DNA of 37,114 nt from a virus (lineage: Duplodnaviria > Heunggongvirae > Uroviricota > Caudoviricetes): IMG/VR virus record IMGVR_UViG_3300029084_000052, positions 1 through 37,114 of that record; one strand, given 5' to 3'. A program made the position numbers and the translations under genes. This document shows, one piece after another, positions 28,426 through 37,114 of the stretch; position 1 is the stretch's first letter, and every line of letters begins with the position of its first letter. The notes under the pieces are model-generated. The model did not search any database. It worked only from the letters and a program-made list of their open reading frames with translations, and was not told the origin of the DNA.

Positions 28426-28519
28426 TATATAATAATCTTACTGATGTAAAACGTTTTTTTACGTTCATCAGCCTGATATGCCTGGTATTATTAAGAGCAC
28501 GAATTGTTAACCCGCGTAA

Positions 28520-30934
28520 TTAATACAGGTTTCGCCACTTATCATCTTCCTGCAAACGCTGGTTCCGATAGAAGATACGCAGGCCTGCTCCTGACGGAAT
28601 ACTGCCGCCGCGAAGGAGTAAATCGACCTCTTTCTCGCTACCATCAAATCCTCTGGACTTCAGCTCATAGACGAGCTGCTGTCGCTGATGGTCTGTAATT
28701 CGCTGTTTGTAGTCTTTACGCCGTTTCGGTTTAACCAGGCGTAACCTTGCTGCCAGTTCCCGGCGCTCTTTTTTGCTCATACTGTGCAGGTAATCGTGCA
28801 ACTGCTTGTCATCCATGCGGGTAATGTCCGTTCTGGTGCCCCCATCAGCTGATTTATCTTTCTCCTGTTGGTTCAAATTTTCAGCAAGGGGACAGTTATT
28901 GCCACGAGTCCAAGGGGCGCAAGCGCCCTGGTCGGCTGCCGCCTCCTGAACGTCAACGGCTTTACGGACCATTTTCCACTTCACTGCATGAGTGCAGATC
29001 TTGCCCTCTGCAATGGGTGACCAGATGCCATAAATACGAATACCGTGATCGCCATAGGCGGTCGGCTCTTCGTTGATTTCATAAGCGGTTCTGATGAGGT
29101 GATATTTACGGGGAACCAGTACGCCGCCCTGCTTCATGATGTAGGTGGCAAAGCAACCAGCATCAGCTGCAGCCAGAATGGCATCAAGGCGCGGGTTATC
29201 CAGTACCGGCGCACCTGCTTTTTTGTCACCCTGTTGCCTTGCCGCCTGACCAGCCAGCAATCGCAGTTCACGGTAAGCCTGACGCCCCGGAATGCCAAAG
29301 AAGCGGAATTGCTGAACACGATGCAGAGACGCCCAGGCATTAACGTATTCAGCGTTATCACGCAGAGATTTACCCGTTTCCTTGCTGATCTCGCCAGCCA
29401 GACCACGCCCGTCAATGTTCTTACTGATGTATTTCGCGATGTAGCTTGTTGGTGTACCTTTGCGCGGGTTTATCAGCTCAGACTTAAAGCGTGGTCCTGT
29501 GTTATTACCCAGCTCCTCGCGGTCTTCACGAATGGCAAACTTACGCAACAAAGCAGTAATGGCGCGGCGATCTTTTTTGCGCATAAAACACAACAGGTGC
29601 CAGTGAACTGTACCGTCATGATGCGGCTCAGCCACCCGCACGCCATACCAGCGCAATCCGGCTTTGTACATCGCCTTACGAAATGCAGCAAACATGCCGA
29701 CCAGATAATCACTGCTTTGTCTTACCGTCGCATTTGTCCAAGTCGGGTTGGGCCTGCCGTTATTTAGCGTGGAATGGAAACGTGACGGACAGGTGATGGT
29801 GTAGAAAACGGCGCAGTCACCGCGCATTTCCGCGATAAGCTCCAGACCTTTAACACATGCCATCATCTCATTGCGGCGATGCGCCGGGTTGCTACTACTG
29901 GCGTTTACCACGTCCTCCATATCCAGCGTGTCGCCGTCTTCGTTCACCAGTTCATGAGAACGGAAAAACTCCAGCGACTTACGGCGCTGCTCACGTTTAT
30001 GCATCACGGCTTCATAGCTGACATAGGGAGATGCTTTTTTGCTGACCAGGCAAACAGCACGCAACTGCTCTTCCCGCCATTCGCAACGCATCTTCCATAA
30101 TTTCCGATACCACCAGTCGGCGCACAACATACGCGCCAGCGAACCCGGAATGAGTTCATAGGGTACGGGTTTACGGCGGTTTCTTTTCCGGCGGAGTTGC
30201 TCAAACGCAGGAGGGATGACATCCAGACGCAGGGTTTCCGCCGCCACCCTTTCCCATGTCTTGCGGATTTCTTCTGGCTTAACGTCATCGGTGGCATACA
30301 AATCACCACAAACTGCATCAAGGCACATGCTCATATGCGCGGCAACAAGGGTAGACAGGCGCTTCACCTGAGCCTGACTCATTTCAGGCAAGATCAGCAG
30401 GCCGTCCAGCCCTTCATGGCTTGCCATAAAACGAAAAGATGCAGATAGCTGGCTGTCGCGTACATGCTCCAGTCGTTCCAGACATGGTTTAATCGTCTCA
30501 CGCAAATAGCGGGAATAAGCCTTTGGCCTGCCCAGGCTGCTGAAGTATTCAATACGTTGCATCAGCGGCTTGCTGATATGGGAAGGCTGGGCGTTAACGT
30601 CCGCCAGTATGACCATGTCCGGATTAAAACGCTGCTGCTCATGCACCAGCTTTGCCCGGCTAATGAGCTTATCCTGCTCCATTTCGCGCTGGACAGGATC
30701 ACGGGATTCATTAAAGAAATAACGCTCCCAGACCTGATCACTCAGTGCCTCGCGGCGCAGTTGTTCCTGCTTGTTATCGGCAGCGTACAGAGTGATCAGG
30801 TTTGAAAGCGCAGAAACCGGCGCAACTTCCGCCGGGTCCAGATAAGGGTTAATCGCCTTTTTCGGGCTGTTCCATGAGAATGCTGCGGCGGCCTCGTTAA
30901 AGCCGCTGCAGTTGTTCATATCAGCATGGCTCAT
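28520..30934 (-). CDS. A: Replication initiation protein A (rolling-circle nicking endonuclease, P2 gpA family)
   Basis: 804-aa ORF of P2 gpA size (about 761 aa) at the P2 A position; its start overlaps the Dam stop. Confidence 0.8.
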   Translation of the reverse strand: MSHADMNNCSGFNEAAAAFSWNSPKKAINPYLDPAEVAPVSALSNLITLYAADNKQEQLRREALSDQVWERYFFNESRDPVQREMEQDKLISRAKLVHEQQRFNPDMVILADVNAQPSHISKPLMQRIEYFSSLGRPKAYSRYLRETIKPCLERLEHVRDSQLSASFRFMASHEGLDGLLILPEMSQAQVKRLSTLVAAHMSMCLDAVCGDLYATDDVKPEEIRKTWERVAAETLRLDVIPPAFEQLRRKRNRRKPVPYELIPGSLARMLCADWWYRKLWKMRCEWREEQLRAVCLVSKKASPYVSYEAVMHKREQRRKSLEFFRSHELVNEDGDTLDMEDVVNASSSNPAHRRNEMMACVKGLELIAEMRGDCAVFYTITCPSRFHSTLNNGRPNPTWTNATVRQSSDYLVGMFAAFRKAMYKAGLRWYGVRVAEPHHDGTVHWHLLCFMRKKDRRAITALLRKFAIREDREELGNNTGPRFKSELINPRKGTPTSYIAKYISKNIDGRGLAGEISKETGKSLRDNAEYVNAWASLHRVQQFRFFGIPGRQAYRELRLLAGQAARQQGDKKAGAPVLDNPRLDAILAAADAGCFATYIMKQGGVLVPRKYHLIRTAYEINEEPTAYGDHGIRIYGIWSPIAEGKICTHAVKWKMVRKAVDVQEAAADQGACAPWTRGNNCPLAENLNQQEKDKSADGGTRTDITRMDDKQLHDYLHSMSKKERRELAARLRLVKPKRRKDYKQRITDHQRQQLVYELKSRGFDGSEKEVDLLLRGGSIPSGAGLRIFYRNQRLQEDDKWRNLY

Positions 30935-31788
30935 GCACGCACTCCGTACACGGCAGAACTATCCACGCCACGCGAAGGATCAAATCCCACCCAGCAGCGC
31001 GCCCCAGAAACAGCGATGATTTCTGTTGCAGATTTACTCTCACCAGCTGCTACGCCGATGCTGCGTTTTGCCTTGATGTAGTGGTGAGTAAAATTGCGAT
31101 ACAGCGAACGGATCAGGGATGTGTCACTGTTAGAAACAATGACCGGATGTCCTTCTGATGACCGATGTTCAAGAACGGATGCCAGGTGATACTGGTCATC
31201 TTCAGTGAAACCATCAGTGTGATAGCTGGAAAACGTACCGTCATACGGCGGATCGCAATACACCACATCCCCCGCCTTCAACATCGCCAGCGTTTCATCA
31301 AAGCTGGCGCAGATAAACGTTGCTCGTTGGGCTTTCTCTGCAAATGCGCGAATTTCTTTTTCAGGGAAATACGGATTTTTATAATTACCGTAGGGAATGT
31401 TGAAATGCCCGCTCTTGTTATAGCGACATAACCCACGGTAACCGTGACGATTGAGATACAGGAAATATACCGCTTTCATGAAATCAGTAATTTCAGTTGA
31501 GTAATTAAACTCCTGCCTTATGTTGTAATAAGCCACCTCCCTGTTTGCTTCCTTAAATAAAACTCTGGCGCGAGATATAAACGATTCACAATCAGCGGCA
31601 ACCTTTTTATAGAGGTTGATTAAATCAGGATTAATATCCGCAACCAGATAGCTGGGATAATCCGTCTCCATCATCACAGCACAGGAACCCGCGAAAGGTT
31701 CAACCAGTCGCGGGCCAGCTGGAAGATGTTTTTTCAGTTCGGGCATTACGGCGGTTTTATTTCCCGCCCATTTCAGGATGGTGCTCAT
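30931..31788 (-). CDS. DNA adenine methyltransferase (Dam/D12 class N6-adenine MTase)
   Basis: FAGSCAV (motif I) and DPPY (motif IV); ATG at the [11 protein letters not shown] position overlaps the upstream gene stop. Confidence 0.8.
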   Translation of the reverse strand: MSTILKWAGNKTAVMPELKKHLPAGPRLVEPFAGSCAVMMETDYPSYLVADINPDLINLYKKVAADCESFISRARVLFKEANREVAYYNIRQEFNYSTEITDFMKAVYFLYLNRHGYRGLCRYNKSGHFNIPYGNYKNPYFPEKEIRAFAEKAQRATFICASFDETLAMLKAGDVVYCDPPYDGTFSSYHTDGFTEDDQYHLASVLEHRSSEGHPVIVSNSDTSLIRSLYRNFTHHYIKAKRSIGVAAGESKSATEIIAVSGARCWVGFDPSRGVDSSAVYGVRA

Positions 31789-32012
31789 ACAGCACCTCCG
31801 TTGTAATGTTTGCCTTTCAGCTCTGCGATTTCCTGACAGGTAATGCAAAGCTGCACACCTGGAATGGCGCGGCGGCGTGCTGGCGGAATTGGCGCTTCAC
31901 ACTCAATGCAAAGCACGCGGGACACGCCCGGCGTTTTGGCACGGGCAGCATGGATATGGCGCTGGCGTTCTTCTTCAACGCGCTGCTGTACGAGATCCAT
32001 TGCATCAGCCAT
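31785..32012 (-). CDS. TraR/DksA-family C4 zinc-finger protein
   Basis: CIEC-x17-CITC motif in a 75-aa ORF. Confidence 0.7.
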   Translation of the reverse strand: MADAMDLVQQRVEEERQRHIHAARAKTPGVSRVLCIECEAPIPPARRRAIPGVQLCITCQEIAELKGKHYNGGAV

Positions 32013-32245
32013 TAGTGGATCTCCTGCGCTTCGTTCTGGATTGCTTCAGCAGTTACACGCAGTAGTTCTGCTGCTTCGACGTGGTTTAGCTGGCGGGATG
32101 TGATATGACACGCCAGGCTATCAAGGCGAGCTGCCATTGCTTCAGCCCTTGCCCGGCGTTCTTCCAGACGAGCCTCTGTCAGTAAAATATTAAGCCCTGC
32201 ATCATCCGGTCCGGTTTTAGTCTTGAGGGTTTCAATATTACGCAT
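32012..32245 (-). CDS. Hypothetical phage early protein
   Basis: About 77 aa from an ATG preceded by GGAGAA; the first in-frame codon is TTG. Confidence 0.5.
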   Translation of the reverse strand: MRNIETLKTKTGPDDAGLNILLTEARLEERRARAEAMAARLDSLACHITSRQLNHVEAAELLRVTAEAIQNEAQEIH

Positions 32246-32312
32246 AATCAATTCTCCTGAATTTAGATAAAGGGATACCCGGCGGGTTTACGCCATTAAT
32301 TTCATTAGTTGG

Positions 32313-32654
32313 TTAATTCGGCATGGTTAGCCGTCTGGGAAATAAGCTCACCACTGCACGAAAATGATTCATTGCTTTAATCAACTCCCGCTTTTCGTCA
32401 GTGGTCAGCTCATTAATGCTGATGCTATGACGTTCAGCTGGAATTTTTGCCATAAAGAATATGGCAGCCAGTGCTCGTTTATTCTGTTCGTTATTGATAT
32501 CCCGTGGATCACGCATATCTTTAATAAACCGCTCAAGCTCTGACTCAATATTCAGGCCAAATACTTTCGCCCTTAACTCCGCAATGTGATTAAGTCCATT
32601 CAGGCGTTCACCGGGGCTTAATGGAACAGTTGCTGCAGCGCCTTCAATAGCCAT
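32313..32654 (-). CDS. Hypothetical phage early protein (at the fil/dhr position of the 186 early operon)
   Basis: 113-aa ORF with GGGGGA Shine-Dalgarno; overlaps the upstream gene by 37 nt. Confidence 0.5.
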   Translation of the reverse strand: MAIEGAAATVPLSPGERLNGLNHIAELRAKVFGLNIESELERFIKDMRDPRDINNEQNKRALAAIFFMAKIPAERHSISINELTTDEKRELIKAMNHFRAVVSLFPRRLTMPN

Positions 32655-32818
32655 TTGTTCCCCCGTTTTTTCGTAGATAGTTCTGCCAGCAATTCATCCT
32701 GTGAACGGCACGGATGCCAGCGTTTACCATCCTCCCCCATGATCCAGCCGTGACCGTAGTGCATTGCCGGGCTTTGTTTTACCAGCAGCGATGCAAATGA
32801 TGGTTCTTTCGTCAGCAT
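32618..32818 (-). CDS. Hypothetical phage early protein (position following cII)
   Basis: About 66 aa from the ATG (MLTKEPSF..), beginning 7 nt after the cII stop. Confidence 0.45.
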   Translation of the reverse strand: MLTKEPSFASLLVKQSPAMHYGHGWIMGEDGKRWHPCRSQDELLAELSTKKRGNKWLLKALQQLFH

Positions 32819-32825
32819 AAGCACC

Positions 32826-33335
32826 TCACAGCAAACCGAATGAAGCACCGAGGCCAGTAACGGTATCAACTGCACTCGCCATCGCAGGATTAGCCTGTAA
32901 ACGGGCCTGCAATGAAACAGCGGCCAGCGCCATCAGCCGTGTTACAGAGTTAATGCTGCTGATAGCATCACGACGACCTGCACTGGTTTTTACATCGCCG
33001 GATACCGCACCTGCAGCAACACGCCCGATCTCTGCGGTTGCACTCATGACATAATGCGGCAGTTTCTCTTTTGCCACCTCATTAATCGGTACACATGGCA
33101 GGCAGTGAATCTGTGCCAGAAAGCCATCTACCAGCGTTGAATCTTCAGTCAGATCGGTAAGCAACCAGATTTCTGGTGCGGTTAATAAATGAGGTTGAGC
33201 TGGGTTCAGCTTGTTCCGCAGAATCTGTACATTCATGCCTGCACGTTCTGCCAGTTGCACCAGGTTGTGGCGCAGTGCGAATGCACGACAGGCTTCGTCA
33301 AAATGTGGATGTTTGGAAACTTGGTAATCAAACAT
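32826..33335 (-). CDS. cII: CII-type transcription activator, phage 186 type
   Basis: [24 protein letters not shown]...[23 protein letters not shown]... is a close match to 186 CII from memory; 169 aa from the ATG. Confidence 0.8.
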   Translation of the reverse strand: MFDYQVSKHPHFDEACRAFALRHNLVQLAERAGMNVQILRNKLNPAQPHLLTAPEIWLLTDLTEDSTLVDGFLAQIHCLPCVPINEVAKEKLPHYVMSATAEIGRVAAGAVSGDVKTSAGRRDAISSINSVTRLMALAAVSLQARLQANPAMASAVDTVTGLGASFGLL

Positions 33336-33367
33336 AGTCGACACCCCTGATGTATCCCAAAATGGAA

Positions 33368-33589
33368 CTAGTTGAATACAACATTGCAATCAGTAAGTGC
33401 ATCAACGGTAAGAGCAGCAAGGTTGATCATTACCTTTTCTCTTTTCTTGTCTTTCCGAAGGCGATGGCGAGGGATGCGACCATCAGCCAGCATATCGTTG
33501 ATGGTGTCGATAGAAAGACCAGTAAGTTCGCTATAACGCTCAATTGTGACATGTGGCGTATTCAGAGTTATTGAAATGTTAGGGGTCAT
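33368..33589 (-). CDS. apl: Apl-like excisionase/transcriptional regulator (Cox analogue)
   Basis: About 73-aa HTH protein ([27 protein letters not shown]), first gene of the leftward lytic operon, AGGAG Shine-Dalgarno. Confidence 0.65.
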   Translation of the reverse strand: MTPNISITLNTPHVTIERYSELTGLSIDTINDMLADGRIPRHRLRKDKKREKVMINLAALTVDALTDCNVVFN

Positions 33590-33684
33590 GATGCAACATC
33601 TCCTATTGGCTTGTGGTGAGCCTGTAGTAATCGTGATAAGTACCCAAATGGGGACAAAATTGATACTAGGATCGCAAAAGAGAT

Positions 33685-34281
33685 ATGTCAACATCAAAGT
33701 ACCCAAATGAGATCAAAATAAATCCCAATAAAGGTGGTAAGGCTGCGATTGAGCGATTAGTCGAAGCTTATGGCTTTACGACACGACAGGCTTTAGCTGA
33801 TCACTTGGAAGTATCAAAAAGCACTCTGGCGAACAGGTATTTGCGGGATACGTTTCCTGCAGACTGGATAATCCAATGTGCTCTTGAAACAGGAACCTCA
33901 CTGAAATGGTTAACCACCGGGCAAGGCCTTAAGCAAAGCTCGCTGACAGCAGCTACAGAAGAGCTTGCCAAGTTTCGCCTTACCGCAGGCAAAATGATTG
34001 AAGATGGTTCATATGTCTTCGATTCATCATTTCTTCCTGCAAATCTTTCATCACCAATTGTTATTCAGGATGGGCTCGTCACATACATTTGTGATCAAAA
34101 ATTTTCTGAAGTACTTGATGGGCACTGGTTAATCAACATCGACGGAACCTATTCCATTCGAAAAATCACAAAGCTTCCAAAAGGTATGATTAAAATTACA
34201 AGTACAGAGAATAGCTTTGAATGTGCATTTTCTGATATTGAAGTAGTTGCTTGTATAAGAAGTACAATAATTTCAAATTAA
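33685..34281 (+). CDS. cI: CI-type immunity repressor, phage 186 type
   Basis: 198-aa ORF with N-terminal motifs (AYGF...QALADHL..S.STLANRY...CALETG.SL.WL.TG.G) resembling 186 CI from memory; divergent from apl. Confidence 0.7.
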   Translation: MSTSKYPNEIKINPNKGGKAAIERLVEAYGFTTRQALADHLEVSKSTLANRYLRDTFPADWIIQCALETGTSLKWLTTGQGLKQSSLTAATEELAKFRLTAGKMIEDGSYVFDSSFLPANLSSPIVIQDGLVTYICDQKFSEVLDGHWLINIDGTYSIRKITKLPKGMIKITSTENSFECAFSDIEVVACIRSTIISN

Positions 34282-34301
34282 TATAGTAAAAGGATTTAAA
34301 A

Positions 34302-35978
34302 ATGAATTCATTTTCCATCGTTATATTCTTATTAGCATTTCTCGCCCCCATTCTAGCTGTAATATTATTTAAGCAAAGCAAAAAACATAAAGCGGCTATA
34401 AATACCTTGACAGCTAACAACATAGCCCTTTCCAACCAACTGAAAGAAAATCAAGAAGAATTAGCACAGACTGTACGAGATCTATCAGAGCTTGAAGGAC
34501 GAGCTGCGCCATTATGGCAATACGTAGAATTGCACAGCGCAGTGATGGAAGCAGAGAATAAGATAAAAAATGCAGACTCAATAGCCAGGCAAAAAATAGA
34601 AGAAGCCCAAATAAAGGCTGCTAAGACAGTAAACGAAGCAAATTATCAAGCTCAGATAAAAATAAGCAACGCTAATAGCGAAGCTATAGCAATTACTAAA
34701 GACGCTCGCGATGCACGCCTGAAAGCTAAAGAACGTCTTGATAATGCCAATAGTAAAGCAAATGAGCTGATCTCAAATGCTAATGACAATGCAGTGAAAA
34801 TTATTTCCGATGCAGAAGAAAGAGCAAAAGAGATTGCTGGTTCAGCATATGAAGCTAAAGAGTTTGCAGAAAAATATGAAGCAGTTGCCAAATCAATGAA
34901 AAATAAAATTGAAGGTTATGGTGATGAATGGATCATCCCTAACCGTAGCGTTCTCGATGAATTGGCAGAAAATTATGAGTTTACAGATGCAGGTAAGGAA
35001 TTACAAAAAGCCAGGGAGTTAACAAAATCATTAATAAAAACTAATAAAGCTGCTTCGTGTGATTATGTTGAACAAAACAGGCGTAATACTGCTATCAACT
35101 TTGTTTTAGATGCCTTCAATGGAAGAGTTGACAGTATTTTATCAAAAGTCAAACACAACAATTTTGGAAAACTTTCCCAAGAGATAAAAGATGCGTTTCA
35201 ACTTGTAAATTACAATGGTTCTGCCTTTAGGTCCGCAAAAATAAGTGACATCTATCTTCAAGCTCGACTCAACGAGCTAAAATGGGGAGTTGCAGTTAAT
35301 GAAATTATGCTCGAAGAAAAAGAAGAGCAAAGAAGGATTAAAGAACAACTTCGTGAAGAGGAAAGAGCTCGTAGGGAGTATGAAAAAGCGATAAAAGAAG
35401 CTGAAAAAGAAGAGAAAGCTATTCAGCAAGCTATAAATAAAGCAACAAAAGAGCTTATGCTTGCAAATGAAGAACAACGCTTAGCTTTAGAGCAAAAAAT
35501 AGCTGAACTACAGTTAAAATATGAAGAAGCTGAAGCTAAAAACCAACGAGCTATTTCTATGGCTCAACAAACTAGATCAGGCCACGTTTATATAATTAGT
35601 AATATTGGCTCATTTGGCGAAGATGTATATAAAATTGGAATGACACGCCGCCTTGAACCACTTGATCGTGTTCGTGAACTCGGTGATGCTAGTGTTCCTT
35701 TTTCGTTCGATGTTCATGCGATGATTTATAGTGATGATGCACCATCATTAGAAAATCATCTGCATAAAGTCTTCAACGAAAAACAGGTCAATAAAATTAA
35801 CTCACGAAAAGAGTTTTTCAACGTAAATATTAAAGAAATTAAGTCTGTTATTGAAGATATGAACATCAACGCACAATGGACAATGTTTGCGGAAGCGAAA
35901 GAATATAGAGAGTCACTGGCGATTGAGCAAGAGCGCAAAGCAGCAACTTCCGCCAACGATGAACTGCATGTTGCTTAG
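34302..35978 (+). CDS. Membrane-anchored coiled-coil protein with a C-terminal T5orf172/GIY-YIG-like domain (DUF4041-like architecture); accessory gene
   Basis: N-terminal TM helix, long Ala/Lys/Glu-rich repeats, C-terminal GHVYIISNIGSFGEDVYKIGMTRRLEPLDRVRELGDASVPFSFDVHAMIYS; AT-rich; AAAAGGA Shine-Dalgarno 20 nt after the cI stop. Confidence 0.6.
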   Translation: MNSFSIVIFLLAFLAPILAVILFKQSKKHKAAINTLTANNIALSNQLKENQEELAQTVRDLSELEGRAAPLWQYVELHSAVMEAENKIKNADSIARQKIEEAQIKAAKTVNEANYQAQIKISNANSEAIAITKDARDARLKAKERLDNANSKANELISNANDNAVKIISDAEERAKEIAGSAYEAKEFAEKYEAVAKSMKNKIEGYGDEWIIPNRSVLDELAENYEFTDAGKELQKARELTKSLIKTNKAASCDYVEQNRRNTAINFVLDAFNGRVDSILSKVKHNNFGKLSQEIKDAFQLVNYNGSAFRSAKISDIYLQARLNELKWGVAVNEIMLEEKEEQRRIKEQLREEERARREYEKAIKEAEKEEKAIQQAINKATKELMLANEEQRLALEQKIAELQLKYEEAEAKNQRAISMAQQTRSGHVYIISNIGSFGEDVYKIGMTRRLEPLDRVRELGDASVPFSFDVHAMIYSDDAPSLENHLHKVFNEKQVNKINSRKEFFNVNIKEIKSVIEDMNINAQWTMFAEAKEYRESLAIEQERKAATSANDELHVA

Positions 35979-36035
35979 CAATGTATGTTTCATAGTAATC
36001 ACACATTGATTACTGGTTGTATATACAGTTAAATT

Positions 36036-36061
36036 TAGCCCTCTGATATGAGGGCTTTTTT
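36036..36061 (+). terminator. Rho-independent terminator directly abutting the int start codon
   Basis: tagccctc tgatat gagggct followed by ttttt, with the int ATG immediately after. Confidence 0.65.
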
Positions 36062-37114
36062 ATGGCAGTACGAAAACTCACCACAGGAAAATGGCTTTGC
36101 GAATGTTACCCCGCCGGACGTAGTGGACGTCGTGTGCGTAAACAATTCGCCACCAAAGGCGAAGCTCTGGCTTTTGAGCGTCACACGATGGAAGAAACCG
36201 AAGCAAAGCCCTGGCTGGGTGAATCAGTGGATCGTCGAACACTGAAAGACGTGGTTGAACTATGGTTCAAACTACATGGTAAATCTCTGACAGCTGGCCA
36301 GCATGTCTATGACAAACTGCTGTTAATGGTTGACGCTCTGGGCAATCCCCTTGCAACCGATCTCACATCTAAAATGTTTGCCCACTATCGAGATAAACGC
36401 CTGACAGGAGAGATCTACTTCAGCGAGAAATGGAAGAAAGGAGCAAGCCCGGTCACCATTAACCTGGAGCAAAGCTATCTAAGTAGTGTTTTTAGCGAAC
36501 TATCCCGCCTGGGCGAATGGTCGTATCCGAACCCACTGGAGAACATGCGAAAATTCACCATCGCAGAAAAAGAGATGGCATGGCTTACCCATGAGCAGAT
36601 TGTTGAATTACTGGCTGATTGCAAACGTCAGGACCCAATTCTGGCACTGGTAGTTAAGATATGCTTAAGCACAGGCGCACGCTGGCGTGAAGCCGTAAAT
36701 CTTACCCGCTCACAGGTGACCAAATACCGAATTACCTTTGTAAGAACGAAGGGGAAGAAAAACAGAAGCATCCCTATCAGTAAAGAGCTTTACGAAGAGA
36801 TCATGGCGCTTGATGGGTTCAATTTCTTCACAGACTGCTATTTTCAATTTTTATCCGTGATGGAAAAAACGTCTATCGTGCTCCCTCGCGGTCAACTGAC
36901 ACACGTTCTGCGCCATACGTTTGCGGCGCACTTCATGATGTCGGGTGGAAACATCCTGGCCTTACAAAAAATTCTCGGACATCACGATATAAAAATGACG
37001 ATGCGTTACGCACATCTGGCACCGGATCATCTGGAAACGGCGCTCCGTTTCAATCCTCTGGCAACGCTGCCAAGTGGCGACAAAGTGGCGGCAGCGGTTG
37101 GCATTACCCCGTAA
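36062..37114 (+). CDS. int: Tyrosine integrase, P2 Int family
   Basis: 350 aa with LSTGARWREA and HVLRHTFAAHFMMSGGNILALQKILGH...MTMRYAHL motifs matching P2 Int from memory; the stop codon is the last three bases of the window. Confidence 0.85.
   Translation: MAVRKLTTGKWLCECYPAGRSGRRVRKQFATKGEALAFERHTMEETEAKPWLGESVDRRTLKDVVELWFKLHGKSLTAGQHVYDKLLLMVDALGNPLATDLTSKMFAHYRDKRLTGEIYFSEKWKKGASPVTINLEQSYLSSVFSELSRLGEWSYPNPLENMRKFTIAEKEMAWLTHEQIVELLADCKRQDPILALVVKICLSTGARWREAVNLTRSQVTKYRITFVRTKGKKNRSIPISKELYEEIMALDGFNFFTDCYFQFLSVMEKTSIVLPRGQLTHVLRHTFAAHFMMSGGNILALQKILGHHDIKMTMRYAHLAPDHLETALRFNPLATLPSGDKVAAAVGITP

Larger units (their letters stand above)
2777..37114. mobile_element. P2/186-family prophage; left boundary approximate, right end beyond the window
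   Basis: Complete P2-order gene set from ogr to int; the left junction lies somewhere in 2621..2855 and attR is not visible. Confidence 0.85.

Noticed and set aside
29045-29767. 240-aa plus-strand ORF antisense to replication gene A
   Set aside because: Embedded in gpA; likely a spurious open frame.
34652-34891. 79-aa minus-strand ORF inside the coiled-coil gene
   Set aside because: Antisense to a low-complexity repeat region; the Ala/Ser-rich translation is a mirror artefact.
1-37114. CRISPR arrays, tRNA or rRNA genes
   Set aside because: No regularly spaced direct repeats or cloverleaf-like conserved tRNA segments were seen by eye; the integration site appears to be an intergenic region, not a tRNA.

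Overview
The window opens with about 2.6 kb of E. coli-type chromosome (grxA, ybjM, ybjL) and is then occupied by a near-complete P2/186-family prophage from about 2.7 kb to the window end, where the integrase stop codon coincides with the last base and the right attachment site lies outside. All calls rest on reading the supplied ORF translations and the raw sequence by eye; no database search or computation was run. The prophage backbone is syntenic with P2/186: ogr, D, U, T, E/E' with a TTTTTTG frameshift site, FII, FI, a tail-fibre region, I, J, W, V, S, R, lysis genes, X, L, M, N, O, then P and Q on the opposite strand, a cos-like sequence, an SOS-type operon, replication gene A, a Dam methylase, and a 186-type cII/apl/cI switch with a P2-type integrase. 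The tail-fibre region carries a Pin/Gin/Hin-type invertase and a roughly 1.9 kb invertible segment bounded by inverted crossover sites. Three accessory insertions interrupt the backbone and are the main candidates for an undescribed system: (1) a translationally coupled two-gene operon between portal gene Q and cos, encoding a 2-TM protein and a ThsB/DUF1863-like TIR protein; (2) a coupled 71-aa protein plus 280-aa 3-TM protein between cos and the SOS operon; (3) a membrane-anchored coiled-coil protein with a C-terminal T5orf172/GIY-YIG-like domain between cI and int. No tRNA, rRNA or CRISPR array was seen.
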